A stretch of DNA of 64,000 nucleotides from Tubiluchus corallicola (Eukaryota; Animalia; Priapulida). Shown here piece after piece: positions 11,329 to 22,615 of the stretch (position 1 is the stretch's first letter; each line of letters opens with the position of its first letter). The notes beneath the pieces are model-generated. The model was not told the origin of the DNA. It saw only the letters and a program-made list of their open reading frames with translations, and made no database searches. Position numbers and translations under genes: made by a program. Where the stretch lies: assembly GCA_030141605.1 (NCBI GenBank), contig JAQGDQ010000244.1, positions 248,001 through 312,000 of the forward strand. The letters are read 5' to 3'.

Positions 11329-13730
11329 CTTACCTGTCGGTCGTGGAACAGCTGGCCAACGAGCAGTTACGCATCTGGAAGGATTATCATCCGGAAAGCG
11401 ACGATTCCCCGGCAAACTCTTCAGCCGATACCGACGGCAAGTGCGTCTGCAACGGACTGACCAGCCGACAGATGAGGAAAATGACCATCAAGTGTTTTTG
11501 CAGAAGAAATTCCCGCGATGGAATACGTTGTTCGTGCGAAGTGATGTCGCTGTGCAACGGCAATTGTATAAAGCTCACGTCCGGCTGTTGTACGCTAGAC
11601 GACGATTTTGAGACGCCGTGGCCTCACGACAAGTGTCAGTTCTTGTACAGCTTGGGTTTGAGTCCAAGACCAGCAGTTGAGCGAGTGGTTGACTACATCC
11701 CCTATAAACCCAGCAGACTTTATGTGTTGCGCGGAAGAAAAGCAGAAAGCATTGTTCGTGTCGAAGAGAAAAGCATGCCGTGGAAGCGACGTATTACTGC
11801 GCAGAGCGACAAGAACAAACCTCCGTCAAAAACTGCCGATAAATGCATTATTGAGTTGTCCAGCGACAGCGATAGTGACATTGAAGTTTTAGAAATTGAT
11901 CTGAAACAGAGTGGAGATAAAGATGGTGCTGAAAGTAGTGTCATTGCTAAGAGTTCCTTGCCTAGCCGGAAATGGCCTGTCGTTCCCGCACGGGTTCTTT
12001 CCCGTGAAGACAGTAACGATGCTGCAGATGTGAATGATGTTGTAGTTCCTAAAGAATCTAATTCCATTTTTCAACCAAAGCCACCTGCAAGTGGCGCTAG
12101 ACATAAGCAAACTGCCAAGAAATCATTCTCAGCATCCAGAAATGTTGTAGCTTTGCCGTTATCAGAAGAGTCGACATCATCGCACTCTGCTGCTGGCAGA
12201 GAAAGTGATGATGCTTCGCCGGTTACGGAACGGGCGACTTTTAATGATACGAAGGACATTCCCCGGAATGGTTTGCATGAAAGACGGAATGCTGAAAAAG
12301 AGTTACTAAGTGGGACTACACATAAACAAAAGGCCAAGAAGACGTTTTCTTCCATTTTGAAAAATGTTGGAAGCTTTAAGGTGCCGCAACAATCTAGTAC
12401 GGACAAAGATAGTGACGACTTGGTCGTCATGGAGAGAATTTGTGCAAAAGATGTTGACGATTCTTCCTTGAGATTTACTGAAAAAGCTGGCGCTAAATTG
12501 TTTAGTGAAAACTCACACAAGCAAACTGCTAAAAAATCTTTTTCGAGAAACATTCGGAGCTCAAAGGAATTGAGTGTCTCTCAGCAAATTCCCGCTAGTG
12601 AAAACAGTGGCAACGCATCACCTGTTGTGCAAAGCTTAACAACCAGGGATGCTGACGATTTGTCTTTGCATAGCAATATCGAAAAAGTGAGCCGTAAAAC
12701 GGCGAGCCCAATACATAGGCAGAAGGCTAAAAAGTCGTTCTCATTGCCAAAGACTTTTGCAACACAGTCCCGTGCTGAAGAATCAGCAGCTCCATTGTTG
12801 CAACGTAGAGAAGGTCACAGTGACGTCTCGCCGACGGTCGAAACTACCAGTTCTGTGGATCTAAGCGATTCTCAGTTAACTAGTAGCAGTGAAAGAACTG
12901 ATATTATTGCTGAGTCGAGTCGCTCTGCACGCAGACCAATTGCAAAAAAATCGTGTTCATCTCCTCGGAAGACTGTTACGAAAGCGATTGCGAAGAAGTC
13001 CTGCAGCAAGCCGAGCGCTTTGCATCGACTCCGGTTCTTTCCACCGAGTAAAAATGTTTCCCCGAACAAACAAACGGTCGATGACGATGCAAATTCAACT
13101 AAAAGTTGGACACCCGGGGAAGAAGCGTTCATGATATCAACGAGTGATTCTGAAACCAACAGTGAATCTGTAGTAGTTACTCGTGTGCATGGAAACACGC
13201 CTGACAAAGATGCTTCAAATGTGAATGATGCAAAGAACGGAACGACTTGCACATCTACAACAGAAAAAGAGGCAACTGTTACGTCGTTTGCTGACAAAGA
13301 GGCTAACGAAGATAATTTTCAGCACGATGTTTCAGTTGTTAATGCACAGAGTGAAAAGAAACTAGATGAAGACGTGTCAGCTGCATTTAAACACGATGGT
13401 CGGGTGATGAATACATTGACAGCCAAATCCTGTACAACTCTAGGGAGCATTGACCAGTCTGCTGGTGACATGAGTGTGGATGCGAACGCTGATGTGGACA
13501 CGTGCGTTGAAACTAGTGCGGATGTTACTTCGACAGTGTCCAGTGTGCAGGATAATTCCGTATCAAGTACTGAGAAAAATACGGGTAAAGCGGACGAATG
13601 TCGCGTGCAGAGTAAGACCAGAACGGCCGACGTTGTAGACGCGGATGCTGAAATGACCGACTCTACTCTAATAACGTCATCTGTCGCTATGGAAAAAGAA
13701 AATGATGACGATATTGTTGTGACAGATTAG
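11329..13730 (+). CDS. Large exon of the zinc-finger gene: Cys-rich segment, SIM-like motifs, repeated H3-tail-like motifs, acidic disordered tail
   Basis: ccttacag acceptor at 11327-28, phase 1, in frame with the 795-aa ORF. Stop TAG at 13728-30. Confidence 0.8.
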
Positions 13731-14347
13731 CGTGTGGAAAAAGATGATAATAATGACATTCTCATGATGGACTAGTTCGTTTTTTGCACTATTTACAACC
13801 CAAGAAAGTGATGAACATAGTTTGTTGTTTAGTCGTGTAGACTGTGCGTGCATTTAGATAATCATATATGCGTGCTAATTTATGTTCCATTGATGGCATT
13901 TACATTTTCGCTCATATTGCATTTGCATTTATACGTGGGTAAAGTTATTGTCGACCTACCAGGAAATATTTGCTGAAAAAAGTAAGATGTAAAAATGTGG
14001 CATGTAGGAATGGTTACTTTAGTGTGAAAACTTGTTTATATTTGCGAATTGATGCTGTCATACCCCTGGGGGCCTTTGTAATGGAGGTCGTTCCATCAGT
14101 AGAATCAAAGTCGAAACAACCTGCGCTAGCTATTCCTTGTGAGGAATTTATTTGCAAGTATTAAATTTGCTAGCTATCATATTGTGCAGTTTATTTGGCA
14201 CTTAGACTCAATATAGGGTCTTAGTTTTATAATGGAAGACAATATTTGCTTGACAGGGATCACTTTTTGTCTCCATCCATCTATGTACACTGTTATTCCA
14301 CTGACAGTCTCACTTCACGGTTAGGATTTTGTTTTTCTTCTTGGGGG

Positions 14348-14786
14348 AGTACAGTTGTCAAGCTTTCAGTTTTTGAATTGTTGTAATACAGGTGTCAAGC
14401 TTTCAGCTTTTGAATTGTTGTAATACAGTTGTCAAGCTTTCAGTTTTTGAATTGTTGTAGTACAGTTGTCAAGTTTTCAGTTTTTGAATTGTTGTAATAC
14501 AGTTGTCAAGTTTTCTATTTCCGAATTGTTGTAGTACCATTGTCAAGCTTTCAGTTTTTGAATTGTTGTAGTACAGTTGTCAAGCTTTCAGTTTTTGAAT
14601 TGTTATAGTACAGTTGTCAAGCTTTCAGTTTTTGAATTGTTGTAGTACAGTTGTCAAGCTTTCAGTTTTTGAATTGTTGTAGTACAGTTGTCAAGTTTTC
14701 TATTTCCGAATTGTTGTAGTACAGTTGTCAAGCTTTCAGTTTTTGAATTGTTGTAGTACCATTGTCAAGCTTTCAGTTTTTGAATT
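14348..14786. repeat. 37-bp minisatellite, ~12 copies
   Basis: Unit agtacagttgtcaagctttcagtttttgaattgttgt, head-to-tail. Confidence 0.95.
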
Positions 14787-15546
14787 TCGTTGCTAGTGGA
14801 AGGATTTTCCCAGTTACAAGCCTTTTTGCTTGTTAATTTTTTTACTATATTTGGCTGACTGAGCTTCTTATAGCTTGAAAGTTAATATGTAATAATAATG
14901 ATTACTAATTATTATGTCATTATATGCCATTTGCAAGTTTCTGTGCAAATATTTCCTGAGTGGGTTAATTTTTGTGTCAATTTTCCATTGTGTGTGTGTG
15001 TCCATAGGCATGAATGTGGATAATTATGTTAAAATTTGATTGTTTCTTCCTTGGTACAAACTGTGCCATCATTTCTGTGATTTGCTGTTTCTTTCATTGG
15101 TGATGCGAGTCACTTTTACCAGTTACTGTTTGTGGATTATCTTCCCCTTATCTTGGCAAAGACGAATGCAATGCACAAGCAAGTGTAAAATGAAACGCCG
15201 AGAAAGCGGTAAACACGGTCCTTTGTAGCTTCAAACGTCAACAATTTAAGCTTGCAGCTAGCAGCCAGATATCTTGTTAAAAGGAATTGTCAACTGAAAT
15301 TATAATTTTGTAAAACATTGCCTTAGTAATCTTAGTCTTAAAGGAAAGAACAAGTCACCTAGCTTTTAGGATTTATTTTAGTGTTATCACGTAAACTTGG
15401 AAAAACATCGTTATAGGTGCAGTTTTTAGCCCTTTGTTGTACGAAAAATAATTAAAAGAAACTTTAAATATTTATATAGCTTTGCCATGTTTATTACGTT
15501 ATCTTGCGTGTTTAATTATCTTTTAAAGTTAAAAAACTTACCTTAA

Positions 15547-16157
15547 AGGAAAGGACAAGTCACTCAGTATGTTGGGTTTATTTTACTGTTATGACTTAAA
15601 CTGTTTGTGGTGTGCTAAAAGAAAGGACAAGTCACTCAGTATGTTGGGTTTATTTTACTGTTAAACAGAGAAATTTGCGGACAACTGCCTACAAAGCATA
15701 AGTTTAAAATATACACTCATTATAGTACCTCTGAATAGGAATTTTCCGACGCGGTGGTTGCCGTCATTCAGTTGAAAATCATGACATCACTGCGTGACTT
15801 TTCGTAAGCACGTTTTTTATTTTCGTAAGCGCGCACCGCTTAAACTAATTCAAACTTCTGCAGCTTACCTAAAGTTCACGCGAAAATAGTACAGAATTAG
15901 CTATCTAATTCTTAATAAGAACTCACATTATAATTTTAGTGAAGACTGACAGTACAGTGCATTTCTTCAGTTGATGAGCATTGTCATTGATGGAAGAATG
16001 GGCGTTCAAAATGAGGGTACTTAAGTATGAAGTTGCAAATTTGAAGTAATTTTACTAATTCCAAGAGATGCTTATCACACTTTTATTACCAAATCATTCT
16101 AACATTTTTCGCGAACATTGAAATAATCCTAATTTCTCGGAAGGCTTGACCTTTCCT
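15547..16157 (+). mobile_element. Kolobok/T2-like MITE family B (truncated extra left end at 15342)
   Basis: TTAA|AGGAAAGGACAAG...CTTGACCTTTCCT|TTAA; homologous to 61961-62499. Confidence 0.75.
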
Positions 16158-16908
16158 TTAATGATTTTGTACTTTATAAAATTACTGGTTATATAGTGTT
16201 TAAGTTCAGACAAATATGTACTGATATGCAGAGCTAGAGTGGCAAATACTGCAAACTTAATGTATATGTTTATTCATAATCATGGTTTTAACACTTTGTT
16301 AGTTTTAAAATTAGTTTTTCTCTAACAAATATATATATATATATATATATATGTTACAATTAATAGTTTGTATTGCATTGTAATAGTTAATTCGTTTGTT
16401 CATGTTGCACTTGTGATTATTGGCATTTAATATAACCAGCATTAGTAATTTGTTTTGCAAATTCTACTAGTATTATTTTTGTTTGCTTCACTCGTGAGCT
16501 TAAAAAATCGTATGAGTTTTGTAAAACTTGACTTGTGTTGGTTGTTTATTGCTGGCTACATATTTTTTAAATGCATTAACTTAAAAGACAAGAAAAGGGG
16601 CACCTGAAGTAGATTTCAGAAAAATCGCCTTCAAAAATTATAGTACTTTATAGCAATTTTATGTTTGTTTTTTTAAATCTCCCGCAATACTGTTCTGACC
16701 GCGCCATTACGTGACGTAATAACAATCCATGCCATTAGGATTGACAAAGTAACAAAACAATCATTGAACTCTAAAAGAATTTTGTGCCCTCTCATCCTTG
16801 CACCCTGGGGGTGATTTCCTACTGTCTCCCCCACCTTGCCACGTTCAGGTGAAGAATAGGCTCTTTTTCATTAGTCGGACAGCAATGTCAATTGTATACA
16901 ATGCTTAA

Positions 16909-17380
16909 AGGAAAACCGGACGATTGTGAAAACACTACTTCAGAATAAAGAATGCTCTAAAATATTGAAAACTACAATAGTTTTTTAAATCAAAGCTTAG
17001 ATTAAATAATAATTACCTCGGATACTCAAGTTGTCTTAAACTTTCAAAGTTACGCGCTCAGTGAATCTAGTAAGATTGGCAATGACACCTTTTTGTCGCA
17101 TGCATGTGGCCGACAAATAGAAGGTGGTACCGTGATAACCATCACCATGAACTGTAGTGTTAGCTTGTGACGCCATATGATGCAAAGCCCATTTTTCGTG
17201 ACATCATGCATTTAAGCAGTACTGCAACACTTATGCAAATGTGCTTGACGCGCAAGGGACGACGCCTGCCAATGCACAAACTGTGGTTAGTTTCTGGCGT
17301 AAGCAATAGCTGTGTACGGTTGCCGTTAATTAACTTTCTAAGCTAATCATTCAAATGTAAGAAACAATTGCTATGCAAGA
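16909..17380 (+). mobile_element. Kolobok-like MITE family A, 3'-truncated
   Basis: TTAA|AGGAAAACCGG start, colinear with the 689-1213 copy. Confidence 0.7.
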
Positions 17381-17384
17381 ATTA

Positions 17385-17915
17385 TAGTAGTAGTAGTTTA
17401 TTTATTCCAAAGCCAGTTAACACAAAAATGACAATATGTTATACAAAATGTACACTATAAAGACATCAGAAATGATCTTAAATTAGATATAGACTTACAA
17501 ATTACAATGAGCAAGACAAATTATCGGCTGAGATCAAAAGTATAACTTGTAAGATCTGAGCCGAATAGGCGATATGGAACAAAGGGATGCAGGAGGTACA
17601 AATACGTATAATATGTACCATCTGCTGTAAAGTTGTGAGGAACGGTACAAATCAGGCAGCCTGAAGCATCTCTAACGGGCATTATCGCCCCTTTTCAAGG
17701 TGCTATTTTAAAGAAAATGAACGTTTTCTTAGCAGCACATCAAAATAAGGGATAGCAACTGTCATTTCTCTTGCTTTGCAATGATAAGGCAGAGAAAACA
17801 ATTTCCTTATAAGGTGAGATTTTAGGGAAAATGAACGTTCGTGACTCTAAATTCACTAAGAGCGTATGCGATGAATGAACTTTCTCCACAAACACTGATG
17901 TCGTATTTTACTAAT
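17385..17915 (-). mobile_element. Degenerate LINE 3' end
   Basis: Minus-strand aataaataaa followed by (CTA)n tail, preceded by decayed coding-like sequence. Confidence 0.45.
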
Positions 17916-17947
17916 GTCACTAATATTAACAGTGTTGCGCAGTTTAA

Positions 17948-18422
17948 AGGAAATCCTGAAAATTTATTAGATTTTAATTTCTGTCCAAAATACATATTTT
18001 CATACCTATAAATGTTAGCAATTCTTATATTTCACAAAGTTAATTAATTAACTAACCACAGTTTGTTGCAATGGCAGGTGTCCCCCCTGCACGTCAAGCA
18101 GGTTTGTATAAATGAGGATCGTTACAAGACGCTTATGTGACGTCACAAAAACAAACTCTACATCACACAGACGAAAACTGCACGATCATGATCCTGCTTA
18201 TCACGGTACAGCGCCTATTTGTCGGCCACGCGATTGTGACAGAAAGGCACCATTCCCAGTCTTCGTGAATTCGCTAAGCCACACGTAGCTTTGAAAGTTT
18301 AAGTATCCGAGGTCATTATTATTTAATCTAAGCTTTGATTTAAAAAAAGCTATTATAGTTTTCAATTTTTTAGAGCATACTTTACTTTGAACTCCTGTCT
18401 ACACAGTCATCTGGTTTTGCCT
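17948..18422 (-). mobile_element. Kolobok-like MITE family A, inverted copy
   Basis: TTAA|AGGAAATCC...GGTTTTGCCT|TTAA; reverse complement of family A. Confidence 0.7.
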
Positions 18423-18568
18423 TTAATATTTATTGTATAAAGAAGGTTACAAATAACCAGTTTACGTGCTTCAAAACATCTGCGTTTTAAGCTATGCTGT
18501 CGTTGATTATCTGTCAACTACTTTAAGTTGCTATCTGCTGTTGTATAAAGTCTGTTTTTATTTTCCAG

Positions 18569-19464
18569 GTGCCAGTGATGATGTACTACCAACTATTGAT
18601 GTTGCTGCTGATGATGATGAGAGTAAGATAAACACTGCCAATACATCCGTCAAAGATGTTTCACAGGGTCAAATTAAGAATGATAAAGAGCAGTCGTCTT
18701 TCCTTCCAGTTCATAACGCGACCACTGGTCATCTTGAAAAAGTGAGTGATCATGAAGAAGATGCAAAAGATGATGATAGGAATTCAGTAGAAGTCGTTTC
18801 TCTTGATCTTAGCTCGCAAGATGCCGTACCAGAAGGCTCTGCACTTAAGCGATTGTCTGACAACGAATTGAGTGATACACTTGTCAGTGACGAAGTTGAA
18901 AAAGTTGTTAAAGAAGTTGCTGCCAGCATGCTTCTCAAAATTGACTCCGCTCACCGAATTACCAACAAGAGCATAGATGAGCCGCTAGGTTTGGCAATAT
19001 TGGATCTTGATAAGAAGCACAAAAAGGACGATCAAACAGCCAATGCTGAACCTGCAGGCGGCTGTGCAAAAGAACAAACTAGATCGGGAGAAACATTAAC
19101 AGCTGACCAAGAGGAGTGTCATAAAAGAGGGATCAAACTAACTTCTATTGATGTAGAGGCTGATAAACTTACCAGTAATGCAATAAACAGAACAGATCTT
19201 GAATGCGGTAAAGGTGACAGTGGCGCAGAACCCTCTCAGTATTCCAGAAATTCCATTGATGAAAACGATGCGATGACGGTGAACATTGGAGATGGTGACA
19301 AGGCTCCTCCTCGTCCGGAAAGCGGGCCAGTGGGAGCCGAATCTGACGGCATGCAGCCTGCTGTTCAGACCAGTCATCCTGATGCAGAAATCAGAGCGAC
19401 CATTGACGATGAGGTAATGGATGTGGACGACAACGGTGCAGCAAGTAAAGTGAGTTCTGAGTAA
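18569..19464 (+). CDS. Acidic low-complexity exon, probably a downstream or alternative terminal exon of the zinc-finger gene
   Basis: Strong ttttattttccag acceptor, phase 1, in frame with the 332-aa ORF. D/E/S-rich like the 11.3-kb exon. Confidence 0.65.
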
Positions 19465-19723
19465 ACAAGTCGTGAGTAAAGCGGGAGAAAGTGGACCAGT
19501 GATGGACATTTGCGACAACAATAGTGTCAATGTTATTTCAGTCGAGGAAATCGTGAATAATACAGTTATTGTGGATGTAATGGCAAAGCTCAAAAGAATG
19601 TCTCGTTCACATATCAATGAAGCATATTTCCCAAATGGAAAGCTTGATGTGGACATGGTGACCATTGTCCTTTTCATTGGCGTTATATTGGTATTATTTA
19701 ATCATGTTTCTGATAGGCTATAG

Positions 19724-20223
19724 CAAGGGTGTGCAAATAGCAGCCCGCGGGCCACTTGCGGCCCGCCGAGAAAATTTGTGCGGCCCGCAAAGAGATTTGT
19801 CAACCTAATGAAAGTGCGGCCAGGGCGATTAATTGAGTGTATCCAGCTGAAGTCCGTGCCATGATCCCAAAGATAGTGCGGGTAGTTTTTTCTACTAGAT
19901 CGGATGCCATTAACCCTTACAAGACGGTTGCAGCTTAATTCCACTGTACTACACAGACTGTGTGATACACATTACTAATATGCATTGTAATGAAATTACC
20001 ACTATCTGTCCTGAAAGTAGAAATATATGGTTTGTAATATAAATTTTAATAACTTCTAAAATAGTTTCTTGAGTGTAGTAGTAATGATGTACGCAGGTCG
20101 GATGGAAAAAAATTGCTATTAGGCCTTTCTGTACTTGGCTCCTTGATCAAACTGCCTGTGGCCCGCAGGAATTGCGGGAAAGTTTAATGTGGCCCAGCTA
20201 GTCAGATAATTTGCACACCCCTG
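19724..20223. mobile_element. hAT-type MITE (same family as 7599)
   Basis: TIR CAAGGGTGTGCAAA/TTTGCACACCCCTG; perfect TSD ggctatag. Confidence 0.85.
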
Positions 20224-20383
20224 GGCTATAGTTAACTGCATATTCCAATTTAATCTTGTGCCCAGTTTTTCAAGAAAAAGCAATTATATATTTGGTAGTT
20301 CTAGTTTGAATACATGTGATAAATGTTTTTGAATTTCGAAGTTAGGAGTATCCTTGTCTTTTCACAAGTTGTGTCAGATGTTT

Positions 20384-20634
20384 GTCATGCACAGAACATG
20401 CTGTTCACTTGTTGACCAGGTCATGCACAGAACATGCTGTTCACTTGTTGACCAGGTCATGAACAGAACATGCTGTTCACTTGTTGACCAGGTCATGCAC
20501 AGAACATGCTGTTCACTTGTTGACCAGGTCATGCACAGAATGTGCTGTTCACTTGTTGACCAGTTCATGCACAGAACATGCTGTTCACTTGTTGACCAGG
20601 TCATGCACAGAACATGCTGTTCACTTGTTGACCA
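20384..20634. repeat. 36-bp minisatellite, 7 copies
   Basis: Unit gtcatgcacagaacatgctgttcacttgttgaccag. Confidence 0.95.
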
Positions 20635-20700
20635 ACCATTTAAACATTGTAAGTGCAGTTTGTGAACCTAAAGTAGCTTTTGTTAGTGTGCATACACTGG

Positions 20701-21047
20701 AGGGCTGTGGAGTTGGAGTCGGTACATTAAACTCCCGACTCCTGCCTTTAAATAATAGTTCGTAGTATTCTCAATATTTAGCTACAGTGACATTTCATCA
20801 CTACTTCTTATGCTCGAAAAACATTCTAGCTGCATAGATACAAATACAAAAGCATCCTAAAATGGGACATTATTCATAAATGCGTTAAAACTTAAGAGCA
20901 ACTGGAGTTTGAGTTTGTCAATTTTTTACCGACTCCCCTAACAGGAAGTGTACTCCTGAATCGCCACCTCAACTCCAAAACCCCGATTTTTTACAACTCC
21001 GACTGCTTCAGCAATAAGTTTACTGCCTACTCAGACTCCACAGCCCG
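20701..21047. mobile_element. Degenerate TIR element with GGAGTC/GACTCC subterminal motifs
   Basis: Inverted ends agggctgtggagt...actccacagccc. Confidence 0.55.
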
Positions 21048-21595
21048 GATACATCGAAAGTTTGTATTTTATAATCGCTTGTGTTATGTTAAACGCTTTC
21101 ATACCCTTGTTGAATTCTTGCATAAGTTTTGTTCTTTGGTTTTTATGATCGACCGCAAGATGCTAGTTCGTACTCATTAAGTGTTGGTTTTACGTCATCC
21201 TGACTCTTGTATTATGTAGCCGATTAGGTATTGTTAAAACAGTTTTAAAGAAAGCCATAAATTTTAATTGTTTTGCTTATTGTTTCCCATATTCTTTCAT
21301 TAAATGAATGTGTCTATAATATGCAATGTTTCAGTGGTTCATCGTTGTTCTGTCAGACGTAAGTGACAATGTGGAAATTTCCGTGTTTGGTAAATATGGT
21401 TCGTAGATTGTAAGGATGACGTTATCGAACGTTAGCAGGGCAGTTTTATATATTTCAATGTTTCTGTGTAGTCACGTAGTGCATGTAGTTATAATAAAAC
21501 CTTTATATAAAATTTTAATTGATTTGTGAGAAGATAAGAAGCGTATTTTTTTGTGTTTTCGTTCAACCTTCATCCATTGACTTTCGAAATTTTAA

Positions 21596-21988
21596 AGGAA
21601 GACGGGATGATTTTTCATGTCCCATTTACAAATTCGACAAAGAGTCTATGTTTTAACACAATTAATAATGCAAAAGTATTTCTGCTAACTAAATGATAGA
21701 TTAAAATCTTTCTTAAAGGCAAGCGAGCCCAACTGTTGATGACATCACAAACTAACATAATTTTCAGCAGCAAAATTATTCTATGAGCCTGTTGCTCATG
21801 TTTGTGAAAGCAAAAACTGAAATACAGTGCTGCTGTAAGATGTTCAGTATATTGTACTAAAACTAGGTAAGTTGTAAGATAAAAATTTAAATTTCAAATT
21901 TACCGTTGTGTTCGCATGAGCTGTTGAACGTGTGTAGTTAGTCACAAACTAACACATCTGAACTGAGAGGTACAGCATCTGTTTTTGT
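21596..21988 (+). mobile_element. Kolobok-like MITE family C, truncated at the (TC)n tract
   Basis: TTAA|AGGAAGACGGGATG; reverse complement of ~34790-35187. Confidence 0.65.
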
Positions 21989-22024
21989 TCTCTCTCTCTC
22001 TCTCTCTTTCTATCTCTCTCCGTG

Positions 22025-22615
22025 AAAGGCATTTGATAGGGTTAGTTTCTTCAAACTTTTGCTTAAACTCTTCAATCCCGAATATTGTAACCCGCTTGTT
22101 CACATTTTAGTACACTCAACAAGGTATGTCTGTCAGGTGGGGACATGGTCCGCAGCTTTTAATATTGGAAACGGAGTACGCCAAAGCGGCAAGATGTCAC
22201 CTTTTCTTTTTAATTTGTAAAAAGATCTAAGTGTTAAGCTTTCATCCATCCAACTTGGTTGCAATGTCTCGAACATTGTTATGAAACACCTGATGTACGC
22301 TGACGATGTTTGTTTGTTAGCAACAACGATTACGGCCTTACAGCAACTACTAGACGTGTATAAATTGTATGCTGAACAGTATGACATAAAAATCAATGTA
22401 GCTAAAACTAAACTTATGTCTGTTAATTCAAACATCATGAGAAATTTTATGTTTGGTAACATCAAACTAGATAATAATGTTTTACGTACCTGTGATAATG
22501 AAAAATATTTGGGACATATTATTTCAAAGGATAACCGAGATGACCTTGACATTGTTAATCAAAGATCCTTGTACTACTGTCGTACAAACCAACTTATTAG
22601 AAAATTCAGCTATTG
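22025..22615 (+). pseudogene. Disrupted duplicate of the RT core of the adjacent LINE
   Basis: Close match to 23825-24430 (KAFDRV...YADD...RKFSYC) with indels and a stop. Confidence 0.85.

Noticed and set aside
12096-12131. Histone H3 gene or pseudogene fragment
   Set aside because: Similarity is limited to ~10 residues embedded in frame in another ORF; no histone fold follows.
11387-13501. Antisense and alternate-frame ORFs over the large exon, LINEs and EGF gene
   Set aside because: Shadow ORFs of real coding sequence with no independent motifs.
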